DNA of 64,000 bases, taken from contig CBDBGH010000003.1 in NCBI GenBank assembly GCA_965205265.1, forward strand, positions 4,928,001 to 4,992,000. Reading direction: 5' to 3'. Positions 48,358 through 56,959 of this stretch are shown here, in pieces. Each line of letters opens with the position of its first letter. Within the stretch, counting starts at the first letter, position 1. The notes beneath the pieces were generated by a model. That model was not told the DNA's origin. It searched no databases and was given only the letters and a program-made list of their open reading frames with translations. The stretch is from Alphaproteobacteria bacterium. Lineage in GTDB: Bacteria; Pseudomonadota; Alphaproteobacteria; Bin95. The position numbers were made by a program, and so were the translations under genes.

Positions 48358-48723
48358 ATGGCCGGGCGGAAAAACAGCCCAAGGGGGTTCGAGGTGCTGA
48401 AGGTCGGCCAGACCGTCAATGTGCTGAACATGTTGGCGAGCGGCCGGTACATTCTCGAGGGCAGGGCGACGGTGCTCGGGCTCTGCGAGGGCTACGAGCG
48501 GCGCGCCGTGGTGCGCTTCCTGGATGACGCGGAATACATGGACAATTACGAGCGCTACATCGATCCCCGGGCCCAGGGTCCGGCCGGGCAGGTCGAGGCG
48601 TGGCTGGAGGTTCTCAACCGGCGGGAGCCAGCGGCCGGGAAGGAGGATGTCGATGCCTTCGACATGGCCTTCGATCTGGATGCCACTGTGCCTGGGGGAC
48701 AAGGGAAGGAGGACGGACAATGA
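48358..48723 (+). CDS. Hypothetical protein
   Basis: GGAGG RBS; first gene after the promoter. Confidence 0.65.
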   Translation: MAGRKNSPRGFEVLKVGQTVNVLNMLASGRYILEGRATVLGLCEGYERRAVVRFLDDAEYMDNYERYIDPRAQGPAGQVEAWLEVLNRREPAAGKEDVDAFDMAFDLDATVPGGQGKEDGQ

Positions 48724-49256
48724 CGGGGATGAGCGGCAAACTCGCGAACGCGCGGGTTCCGGGTTGGCTTGCCATTGTGTCCGTGGCCGTCGCGGTGCTT
48801 GCCGGAGCCGGTGTCGGCAAGCTGTATGCCGAGAAGCAGGCGTCGGCGGCGCTCGCGAGAAGCGTGGCGGAGGGCCGGCTGGAGAGGCTTGACCGCGATA
48901 CGGTGACCCTGACCGCAACCGCGAAGGAATTCGTGGATGCCGTGCTGGACGAGGAAAGCGGGTCGGTCGAGACAAGGCGGGACCGCCTGACGACCCATAT
49001 CGCCGCCATGCACGCCCGGGTCAGGGTGAACGGCGGCTGGTTCGACCGGCCGACAGCGTTTGCGGCAGCCGCCTATCAGGAGCGGATGCTGCTGTTCCGC
49101 GAGGCGGTGCTGGAAGTCGACGGGGTGATGACCATGAAACCCTTCTGGGAAAGCGCCTCCGCGCTGACTGTGGCCCAGAAGGTATTCCTGGAGGAAATGA
49201 ACCGCCAGCTGTCCGGCGGTCCGGGTTGCGGCGAAGCTTCGGGGAGACAGGCATGA
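48720..49256 (+). CDS. Membrane-anchored hypothetical protein
   Basis: N-terminal TM, ATGA coupling. Confidence 0.65.
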   Translation: MTGMSGKLANARVPGWLAIVSVAVAVLAGAGVGKLYAEKQASAALARSVAEGRLERLDRDTVTLTATAKEFVDAVLDEESGSVETRRDRLTTHIAAMHARVRVNGGWFDRPTAFAAAAYQERMLLFREAVLEVDGVMTMKPFWESASALTVAQKVFLEEMNRQLSGGPGCGEASGRQA

Positions 49257-49471
49257 GCATTCATGTCGAACGGGCGGTCGCCTCGGCACGGAGGCGCGGC
49301 GCGTGGGCCGGAGAGGCATGCGCCCGGGACCTCTGGAACCTCTCGAAGCGGGAGCTGGTGGAGATCGGCCTGCGTCTGGCCGGCCAGACTCTCGGTGGAG
49401 AGGACCCCGAAGCAGCGGCTGACCGGTGCCGCGAGGAATTGACCGTGCTGAAACAGCAGGGGATCGTCTGA
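49253..49471 (+). CDS. Small hypothetical protein
   Basis: ATGA coupling, GGAG RBS. Confidence 0.55.
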   Translation: MSIHVERAVASARRRGAWAGEACARDLWNLSKRELVEIGLRLAGQTLGGEDPEAAADRCREELTVLKQQGIV

Positions 49472-49541
49472 CCGGCGACTTCGTGGACCGCGGGCGGTTG
49501 CGGCTTCCCGGCCGGAGCCTGTGGTTCCGGAGCGTTTGCGT

Positions 49542-49813
49542 CCTGACCGACCTTCCAGGCCCATCCGGGGCCGCAGGCGATCAGGTCCAGTGAGCAGGTC
49601 CGGTTCCGGAAAGTCGAAAGGAACAGTCCATGACAGCGCGCAAGACTCTCTACCTCGCCAATCCCTACGGCTTCTCGGCGCAGCAGAAGGCGGGGCCGCT
49701 CCGCGAGCTGGCAACGGCCCTTGCCAGTGTCGGCGCGGAAGTATGGGAGCCCTTCGAGCGCAACAACCAGATCGACTTCTCGGCCCCCGGATGGGCCTGG
49801 AAGGTCGGTCAGG
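49542..49813. repeat. Perfect 29-bp inverted repeat (49542-49570 / 49785-49813) enclosing the 5' end of the deoxyribosyltransferase gene
   Basis: CCCCGGATGGGCCTGGAAGGTCGGTCAGG on both strands. Confidence 0.9.
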
Positions 49814-50439
49814 CCGACACGCGCGATGTGCGCGAGGCGGACGGGCTCTTCGCGGTCGTCAATGGCTGTCCGCCCGACGAGGGCGTGATGGTCGAGCTGG
49901 GCATGGCGATCGCCTGGGGCAAGGCTGTCTTCCTGTTCCGGGACGATTTCCGGCGCTGCACGGACAGTGAGCGGTATCCGTTGAACCTTATGCTGTTCGC
50001 CGGCCTGCCGGCGGAGGGGTGGGAATCCTGTTGGTTCGGCTCGATCGGCGAGATCTCCGATCCGGGAAAAGCCCTCGTTCCATGGCTCGAAGGCGGGAAG
50101 GATGCACCGGAAGACCGTGCGGTGCCGGGGCCGTTCTACGCGGGCCTGGGCGACATGATTTACCGCAATGACCCGCGCCGCGCCCTGGCGCTTGCAACGC
50201 CGGGCGTGGACCGGGCGGAACTCAGGGAGCTTGCAACCCTGCTGAACAAGGGCATGCGCTACGACAGCATGCTGGAGGCGCTGTGGATGTTTCACCAGGC
50301 CTGTCAGAATGAAAGCCTGCAGGGCATGACGGACGCCTATGACATGACGGACGCCATCCTGGCGACGGAAAAGAACCGGGGAGACGACGATGACTGCGGA
50401 GCGGCTGAAGGAAGCGATGACCTTCGAGGAGTTCAATAA
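49630..50439 (+). CDS. Nucleoside 2-deoxyribosyltransferase with C-terminal extension
   Basis: YLANPYGFS, D..DVREAD, PDEGVMVELG.A, YPLNLM. Confidence 0.88.
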   Translation: MTARKTLYLANPYGFSAQQKAGPLRELATALASVGAEVWEPFERNNQIDFSAPGWAWKVGQADTRDVREADGLFAVVNGCPPDEGVMVELGMAIAWGKAVFLFRDDFRRCTDSERYPLNLMLFAGLPAEGWESCWFGSIGEISDPGKALVPWLEGGKDAPEDRAVPGPFYAGLGDMIYRNDPRRALALATPGVDRAELRELATLLNKGMRYDSMLEALWMFHQACQNESLQGMTDAYDMTDAILATEKNRGDDDDCGAAEGSDDLRGVQ

Positions 50440-50914
50440 CGGCGCCCCGCCGTGCGTGCTGGTGCGTCTCTATCACGATCCCGACAATGCCGAGACGGCC
50501 CCCGCCGAGCGCGCGTCGGCGGCGGACAGGCTGCGGGAGATCGCAGACCGGCTTGAGGAGGGCGATTACGGTGTCGGCAATTGGGAAGACACATACGCGT
50601 TCTGCGTCGCCCGCGACCTGTAGGTCAGGCAAGGGCGCGCTGCGCGCCTGGCTGGAATGGACGCCGGACACAACCCTCGCGGCGCTCGTGATCGAGGATC
50701 GCGAGGGGCGGCGCGTCGAGATACGGGGGCATGGCGGAATCGGGTCCGGATGGGCCGGCGACCGCCTGGACACAGCGCTCGATGCGCTGTCGGCGCCGAC
50801 GGTTTCGTCGCTGCATGCAGGCCACCCGGTGATGCCCTGGAGCGGTTCGCTTCGTTCGGGCGGGGACCAGGCCGTCCTGAGGGCGCTGCACAGCGATGGA
50901 CTGGCAGTCATCCC

Positions 50915-51202
50915 ATGAATATCGGAGACAGGGTCTGCCTGGACCTGACGGTGATGGATATCGTCCCCGTCATGGGAGCTTTCCGTGACGAGGAGCGGTA
51001 CCGGCTCAAATCCGAAGACGGGTCGGTCTTCATCTGGCGCTATACGGGCGACTACCGGATGGACATCGGAAGGCGCTACCGGATCAAGGCGACCGTGGTC
51101 GGCAGGGACAGCGAGGGCCGCTGGAGACTGAAGCGCGGGCGCTTCGGTCTTCTGCCCGAGGACCCGGCTCCGGGAAGCGGGCCGTCGCCGGACGGCCGGT
51201 AG
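50915..51202 (+). CDS. Small beta-rich (possibly OB-fold) hypothetical protein
   Basis: ATGA-type start; beta-strand pattern. Confidence 0.55.
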   Translation: MNIGDRVCLDLTVMDIVPVMGAFRDEERYRLKSEDGSVFIWRYTGDYRMDIGRRYRIKATVVGRDSEGRWRLKRGRFGLLPEDPAPGSGPSPDGR

Positions 51203-51335
51203 GGTCGGCTATGGCGGGCGCGGAACGCATACGCGAGCGTCATCGGGCGCGAGCGTCGTGGCTCGTGGCCCCGGGGGCGACGGCCTGACGCCGCCCTGGC
51301 CGCATGCGGAGAAGGCCGCGGGCCAATGATTTCGC

Positions 51336-51372
51336 CAATCCGCTTGACATTACAATCGGATTGGCATAGCAT
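51336..51372 (+). promoter_or_regulatory. Promoter TTGACA-N17-TAGCAT with operators CAATCCGCTTG and CAATCGGATTG
   Basis: Consensus -35 formed by the TTG end of operator 1. Confidence 0.8.
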
Positions 51373-51463
51373 GTATCCCATCCGGCTTGAAACGCGAGTG
51401 CAGGCCGATTTGGCCGCCGGGGAAGCCTGCCGGTCTGTCCGTGGCCGGGATGAACAGCGTATC

Positions 51464-52120
51464 ATGACCCTGAAATATCCGAAGACCCCCTATTGGCCGT
51501 GGTCGCCGAGTGTCGCGCGCGGCGATGCCGTTCATGCCGACCCCGGGCGCTTTGTCGGCCTGCCGGTCGTGGTGACCGAGAAACTCGACGGCGGCAACAC
51601 GCTGCTGCATGGCGGCGAGGTCTATGCGCGCAGCGTCTCGGCCCCTTCGGACGGCAAGTGGATGGCGATGGTGAAGAAGCACCATGCCTGGAAAGTGACG
51701 GGCCCGGACGTGTTCCTCTATGGGGAGGACATCTACGGCACACACAGCATCGTCTATGAACCGGTTCGCGAGGATCGGACCTTCTACGCCTTCGCGCTGC
51801 GCGACCGCGCGGGCGGTTTTGCGTCCTTTGACGATTTGCGGGCCTACGCGGACAGCCTGGAGATGGCCACGGTGCCGGTGCTGTTCGAGGGGCGGTTCGG
51901 GAGCCTCGGCGAGATGCAGGCGTTCATGGAGGCCGAACAGGCGAAGCCATCCGCTCTCGGCGGGGAACGCGAGGGTCTCGTGCTCCGCATGGCCGGGGCG
52001 TTCCCTGCGGCGGATTTCCCGCTCAATGTCTGCAAGAGTGTCCGGCAGGACCATGTGCAGAGCGACGAGCACTGGCGGCGCAACTGGAAGCCGTGCCGGA
52101 TTCTGGGGATCGGGCGATGA
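51464..52120 (+). CDS. RNA ligase family nucleotidyltransferase
   Basis: KYPKTP, TEKLDG.N, YGE, EGLVLR, K.VR..HVQ.DEHW. Confidence 0.88.
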   Translation: MTLKYPKTPYWPWSPSVARGDAVHADPGRFVGLPVVVTEKLDGGNTLLHGGEVYARSVSAPSDGKWMAMVKKHHAWKVTGPDVFLYGEDIYGTHSIVYEPVREDRTFYAFALRDRAGGFASFDDLRAYADSLEMATVPVLFEGRFGSLGEMQAFMEAEQAKPSALGGEREGLVLRMAGAFPAADFPLNVCKSVRQDHVQSDEHWRRNWKPCRILGIGR

Positions 52121-52470
52121 ATGCGAGGCCCAGGCGCCCCGGTGCAGGGGGCGGCAGCGCCGCCAGGGACCTGACACCCGACGAGCGTTATGGCGACCCA
52201 CCCCGGAAGCGGCTCAGGCGCGAGGTGGCCGGCTATCCGCTCTCGGTCGACTTCCACTGCCCGCACTGCGAGGCAGGGTTTCACGGGGCCTCCGGGCGAC
52301 GGGTCGGACGGATGGCGGCTACCGTGGACCGGCATATCGTTGCCTGTGCCGCGATTACGGGCATTGCCCGCCATTTCGGCATTTCATACGAGGCGGCGAA
52401 ACTGAAGCGCGAGAAGCTCTGGCGGGAATACCGGGCCGAGGCGGTTGGCGGGTCCGGGAGGCTTTTGTGA
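52117..52470 (+). CDS. Hypothetical protein with CxxC...HxxxC (possible Zn finger)
   Basis: CPHC and HIVAC; ATGA coupling. Confidence 0.55.
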   Translation: MNARPRRPGAGGGSAARDLTPDERYGDPPRKRLRREVAGYPLSVDFHCPHCEAGFHGASGRRVGRMAATVDRHIVACAAITGIARHFGISYEAAKLKREKLWREYRAEAVGGSGRLL

Positions 52471-52500
52471 GGGAAGTCGGGGAATGACGGGAGCGGAACC

Positions 52501-52896
52501 GTGACCGTGCGCTACGGGGTCAAGGTTGCACACTGGGACCTGGCGCTCGGGGCGGAGCACTACTACGCCACGATCTGGCGTTACGACCCGGATCCGCCGG
52601 AAGGGGAGGAGGGGATCGAACGCGAGGACGTCCGGTTCGAATTGAGCGCCGCGGCCGCCGCTCGTCTGAACCGGAAGGACGCCGATGGCATCCTTGGCCA
52701 GTGGGAGGCTTTCTACAAGCCTGGAGATACGACCAACCGGTTTGATACTCCGGGCGAGGCCCTGGAAGCCGGCATTGCCGCGCTCAGGCGGAAATACGGC
52801 GACGGAATCAGGATCGAAAAGGGCGACTTCCACCGTGACAACAGTATTGTCTGGCCTCGGGCGGAAGAAGGGGAACTTCGACATGCCCGTGGCTGA
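52501..52896 (+). CDS. Hypothetical protein
   Basis: 131-aa ORF in operon. Confidence 0.6.
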   Translation: MTVRYGVKVAHWDLALGAEHYYATIWRYDPDPPEGEEGIEREDVRFELSAAAAARLNRKDADGILGQWEAFYKPGDTTNRFDTPGEALEAGIAALRRKYGDGIRIEKGDFHRDNSIVWPRAEEGELRHARG

Positions 52897-53956
52897 TCGC
52901 AAGACGGAGGATTTGCGGTTCAGGGGCGGTCTGGCAGTGCTCGAGCGTCTTGCGATGCCGTTCGCAAGTCTGGAAAGCACGGAGGTGGCAAGGCTGCTCG
53001 GCGCGAAGGGTCCGAAAGGGATCGGCTCCGCCTTTCATAGTCTTCGGTCCACACTCGAAAATCGTGGCATTGCCTTCCACGAGGCGGTCCGGCGTGAGCC
53101 GGGCCGGGCCGGGTCGGTCTGGACTGCCGGGCCGCGGATCGAACAGGCCCGGCACGTCGCCGGCCTGGAGTGGCGGCTCCATGAGGATCCGGCGGCGTTC
53201 TGGGACGGGGTTCCGATGGAAACGCCCGGTCCGGCTCATGTCGGTCCGGTTCTGGTGCTGCGCGCGCTTCACAGTGCCGGAGAGATTTTCGCCTTTCCGA
53301 ACTTCACGACTCTCGTGGACGTGGTTGATGACCGGTCTGTCGTGAATATACCCGCCGACCACAGGGTCAGGTTCCTCGGAGAGGTATTCATTCACCGTAT
53401 TGAGCCCGGCCATGACGGGGCCTTTCACAGGGTGCCGGAGGGATATGGCGAGAACGGGCTCTGGATTCGCGGAGGCCATGACTTTTGCGATGAGGGGCGG
53501 GTGTGGGATCCCGGGTGCGACGCCGCTCTTCAAGGGGGCGAAGTCTATGCCCTGGTCTGCGATATGTTCTGGATCGAGCGCCGCGTGGCGTTGGTTGACG
53601 CGGTTCGGCAATGGGAGAGGGCGGCCGTCGGGGCGGTGCACGATCAGGAGCACTGGAAGCCGATACGGCCGGGGGAGAGGTTCCGGACTGTCGGGTGGAT
53701 ATCGCGCGATATCCTGAAGGGGCGGCGTCCGCCGCCCGTGTTCCTGCGGACGAGATTCTGGCATGACGTCCATATCGTCACGGACGGTGGCCGGCGGACC
53801 GTGTTGCGCGAGGAAGGCATTCGTGGCGACGTCGATCGCACTGCTGTCAGGGCGGTCATGCGCTGGCGTCGGAAAAGGCGCTCGCGTTCCGGCATGCGGG
53901 TCACAATTCGGAGTGTCGGGGTCTCCCCTCGACAACCCAGACCGCTGAAGGTGTAG
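52883..53956 (+). CDS. Hypothetical protein
   Basis: Long ORF overlapping the previous stop. Confidence 0.6.
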   Translation: MPVADRKTEDLRFRGGLAVLERLAMPFASLESTEVARLLGAKGPKGIGSAFHSLRSTLENRGIAFHEAVRREPGRAGSVWTAGPRIEQARHVAGLEWRLHEDPAAFWDGVPMETPGPAHVGPVLVLRALHSAGEIFAFPNFTTLVDVVDDRSVVNIPADHRVRFLGEVFIHRIEPGHDGAFHRVPEGYGENGLWIRGGHDFCDEGRVWDPGCDAALQGGEVYALVCDMFWIERRVALVDAVRQWERAAVGAVHDQEHWKPIRPGERFRTVGWISRDILKGRRPPPVFLRTRFWHDVHIVTDGGRRTVLREEGIRGDVDRTAVRAVMRWRRKRRSRSGMRVTIRSVGVSPRQPRPLKV

Positions 53957-53974
53957 CGGCAGGAGGAGAAGATC

Positions 53975-54379
53975 ATGCGGCAGTCGTGGGAGTTGGCCAT
54001 TCCGGACTTCCAAAGCGAAGAGGACCCTGAGGAGAAGGGCTTCGCCGTCCGTATCCACTATGGCGAACCGGATGCGGCAGGCCGACAGGAAACCGTTGAA
54101 CTGCGTGTCGCAGGCGATGTCGGCCGCGACGACCCGCTATGGTCGATGTTGCGCGGCGCGGCGTTGCGCATGTTCGCGGCCGGGGCCATGTATTCGGCGC
54201 TTGAGACATTCGTGCGCCGCCGGGAGAACGGGCAGGCGATCACCCTGGGAGATCTCGACCGGGCGGCGGAGGCCCTTCGTCAGGCGGACGGGGAGCACCT
54301 GTTCAACCGTGTTCCGTTTCCGCCGGCGCCGCCCCGGAGTCCCCGGGAAGAGGCGCCGGACGAACCTGGAGGGCCGTGA
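53975..54379 (+). CDS. Hypothetical protein
   Basis: AGGAGG RBS. Confidence 0.65.
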   Translation: MRQSWELAIPDFQSEEDPEEKGFAVRIHYGEPDAAGRQETVELRVAGDVGRDDPLWSMLRGAALRMFAAGAMYSALETFVRRRENGQAITLGDLDRAAEALRQADGEHLFNRVPFPPAPPRSPREEAPDEPGGP

Positions 54380-54696
54380 ATGCACCGCTACCGGCGCAGG
54401 ACGGGGATGCAGCCGTGACAGGCGAGCGCCGGCACCGGATCGAGGTCGGCCACTATGTCTTCCGGTTCCGGAGCCGGAGGGCGGGGGCCGGGACGGTGGA
54501 GGTCGCCAATGACGAGATCGGCGAAGGCTGGTTCGAGATTGGGCTGGCGCAGGATCTCTTCGAGAACCACGCCATGCGGACCGGGCTTCATCATGCGTGG
54601 AGCGAGGGCGAGGAGATGTGGCGTGAGGTGCAGGAACTGACGCGCCTGGTTTTCGAGCGTCTGAACCGGGAATTGGAGCAGCCGTCCGATCCGTGA
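54376..54696 (+). CDS. Hypothetical protein
   Basis: GTGA coupling, GGAGG RBS. Confidence 0.6.
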   Translation: MNAPLPAQDGDAAVTGERRHRIEVGHYVFRFRSRRAGAGTVEVANDEIGEGWFEIGLAQDLFENHAMRTGLHHAWSEGEEMWREVQELTRLVFERLNRELEQPSDP

Positions 54697-54714
54697 CGAC
54701 GGCATGCCGAATGG

Positions 54715-54799
54715 CAATCCGATTGTCCGATGCAATCGGATAGTGCCGATAAAACAATCGGATTGACCGGGCAAGCGGCTTACTGCTACAATCCGATTG
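54715..54799. repeat. Five copies of palindrome CAA(T/G)C(C/G)G(A/C)TTG upstream of parA (centromere/operator-like)
   Basis: Copies start at 54715, 54733, 54755, 54772, 54789. Confidence 0.8.
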
Positions 54800-54824
54800 T
54801 CACACCTGGGAATGGAGGTGACGA

Positions 54825-55517
54825 ATGCCTGTGATCGTGGTGGCTTCGCCCAAGGGCGGCGCCGGCAAGACAACGTCCGCGGTTCTGCTCGGAACGGAGT
54901 ATGCGCGGAACGGCATTGAGGTCGTGCTGATCGATTGCGACCCCAATGAATGCCTCGCGCTCTGGGCGACGAAGAAGGAGCTTCCCGCCAACATCACCCT
55001 GCTGAACGATGTCACCGAGAAGACGATCATCCGGACGATCGAGCAGTTGGACGGAGCCGGCAAGATCATCATCGTTGATCTGCAGGGAGCGGCGTCGCTC
55101 ATAATGACCCGGGCGATCTCACAGGCAGACCTGGTCCTGACGCCCATGTGTGCGACGTCGCTGGATGCGCAGGTCGGCGCCAGGGCCATCGAGCTTGTGG
55201 AGCTGGAAAAGGAAACCCTCGGTCGCGGGGTCTCCCAGGCCGTCGTGCTGACCAGGCTGCGGGCGGGGCCGGTGAGGTCCAAGATCGAGGACGGCATCGT
55301 GAGGTCCCTGCAGAATGCGGGCGTCAAGCGTATTGAGCCGTCCCTGTTCGAACGGGCGGCCTTTTCGGGCCTGTTCCAATTCGGCGGCGACCTCCACACG
55401 ATGCCGCCGCAGGGAAACATGGAAGAGGCGAAGGAGAATGCCGCAGGGTTCGCGCAAGCGGTTTTCCAGGCTCTTGCGGAGAGCGTCAGAGACCCTGAAT
55501 CAGTCGGACAGGACTAA
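54825..55517 (+). CDS. parA: ParA partition ATPase (short, type Ib)
   Basis: KGGAGKTT deviant Walker A; IDCDPN; no N-terminal HTH. Confidence 0.93.
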   Translation: MPVIVVASPKGGAGKTTSAVLLGTEYARNGIEVVLIDCDPNECLALWATKKELPANITLLNDVTEKTIIRTIEQLDGAGKIIIVDLQGAASLIMTRAISQADLVLTPMCATSLDAQVGARAIELVELEKETLGRGVSQAVVLTRLRAGPVRSKIEDGIVRSLQNAGVKRIEPSLFERAAFSGLFQFGGDLHTMPPQGNMEEAKENAAGFAQAVFQALAESVRDPESVGQD

Positions 55518-55534
55518 AGGAGGTTGAAACGAAG

Positions 55535-55867
55535 ATGAGCGATGCAGCAGGTGGCACCAGCCCATACGATGTCGACCTTTTGTCCAGGTCCTCTCGTCGG
55601 AGAGTTTCCGAGGAGGAACTGGACCGGGTCGGGGAAGCCGCGGGGTTCGAGGAACGCCCGGCGCGGCGCCGGCGGCGCAACGGCAAGTCGCCGATGAAGT
55701 CGCAGGTCCATGCCTGGGTGCGTCCGGACACGCGCCGGGAAATCCAGGACGAGGCAGAATATCACGATACCACGCAGGGCATGATTATCACGAAGGCGTG
55801 GGAGCATTACAAGAAGAGCGGTCTGGCCCAGCTGCCGGGCCTCGACGCCGCGGCCGAGGGTGACTGA
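55535..55867 (+). CDS. Small ParA partner, probable ribbon-helix-helix centromere-binding protein
   Basis: Follows parA; GF..R..RRRR then strand-helix-helix pattern. Confidence 0.65.
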   Translation: MSDAAGGTSPYDVDLLSRSSRRRVSEEELDRVGEAAGFEERPARRRRRNGKSPMKSQVHAWVRPDTRREIQDEAEYHDTTQGMIITKAWEHYKKSGLAQLPGLDAAAEGD

Positions 55868-56165
55868 ACGCGGCGCGCCGGCCGAGGGCGACCTCGTATG
55901 GCGCCGGCCCAATACAGGGTTTGTGGGCCCGTCGGGCTGGGCCGTGGTCGCGGACATGCGGGAAGATCCCTGGCCATGCATATGCGGCCGTGAGGGCTGC
56001 GTCGAGATCGACACGCTGCACTGTCTTCCGGGCAATACCGAGGCCGAAGCCAGGGCGGCCCTCGACAGGGGAGAGTTCCTCGGCATGGCTTGCCACGTCG
56101 GAAGCCTCTGCGGATTGGGCGGCCCCGGAGAATGGCATCCGGACGGACACAAGCGGGAGGCATGA
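55860..56165 (+). CDS. Cys-containing hypothetical protein
   Basis: Overlaps the previous stop; CxC...C and CH motifs. Confidence 0.5.
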   Translation: MTERGAPAEGDLVWRRPNTGFVGPSGWAVVADMREDPWPCICGREGCVEIDTLHCLPGNTEAEARAALDRGEFLGMACHVGSLCGLGGPGEWHPDGHKREA

Positions 56166-56503
56166 ACCCGGGCCGAACCCGGCCTTCCCGAATCAGCAAC
56201 CGCAATACGTCGCGACAACTGCGCCCGCGCCTGTGAGAAGCTCTACCCGATACACGACGAAATCCGCGCCTGCCTCCCTGCAGGCCCTTCGTTTTCAGTC
56301 GGGTTCGCCAGGGATGGCGCCCTGACCGGCGGGCCCGCGTGCGAAAAACCGGTTTTCCCCATTTTTCATCGTTTGCGGCTTGAAGCCCCAACGCCTTCCG
56401 TGTCCATCTTCCTGGAACACGGCGGGTTCCGCGATTCCTCTATCAGGTCAGGAGTCTCATGAGACGGCCCGCTGCCGGTTGCAGGACAGCGGGGGAAAAG
56501 GCC

Positions 56504-56938
56504 ATGCAAAGCGTCAACATCAACGCTGGTGCCGGAAGGAACGCCCAGGGCAGGCTGCACCGCTTCGCCGGGGTGGCGGCTGTTGTCGCCGGGGCCCTGG
56601 TCTGTGGCGTCGCCGCCGCCCAGACCGGCGATGTCGGCGGCGTGGCGAACCGCGTGGCCTCGCAGTTCGATTCCCTCGCCGACCTTCTCGGGGCAGCCGC
56701 CTTCCTCGCCGGGGTCGGCTTCGTCGTGTTCGGCATCTTCAAGTTCTACAACTATTCCAAGAACCCCCAGGACCCGCAGAACAAGGTCGGCTCGGCCGTC
56801 ATGCTGGTCGTCGCCGGGGCGATGATGATCGCCGTGCCCACCGTTGCCGGCGTCGGCGTCGTCTCCATCTTCGGAACCGGTGCCGAGACCGTCTCGGTCG
56901 AACAGGGGAAGCCGAACCTCCAGTCCATCCTCAAGTAG
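56504..56938 (+). CDS. IcmD/DotP (TraQ/TraR)-like pilin-type membrane protein
   Basis: Signal peptide plus two TMs around GIFKFYNYSKNPQ. Confidence 0.7.
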   Translation: MQSVNINAGAGRNAQGRLHRFAGVAAVVAGALVCGVAAAQTGDVGGVANRVASQFDSLADLLGAAAFLAGVGFVVFGIFKFYNYSKNPQDPQNKVGSAVMLVVAGAMMIAVPTVAGVGVVSIFGTGAETVSVEQGKPNLQSILK

Positions 56939-56959
56939 GATTCCAATGGAGGACGGATA

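Noticed and set aside
54715-54799. Repeats as CRISPR array or replication iterons
   Set aside because: 11-bp palindromes with 6-11-bp gaps; no cas or rep gene adjacent; centromere/operator fits better
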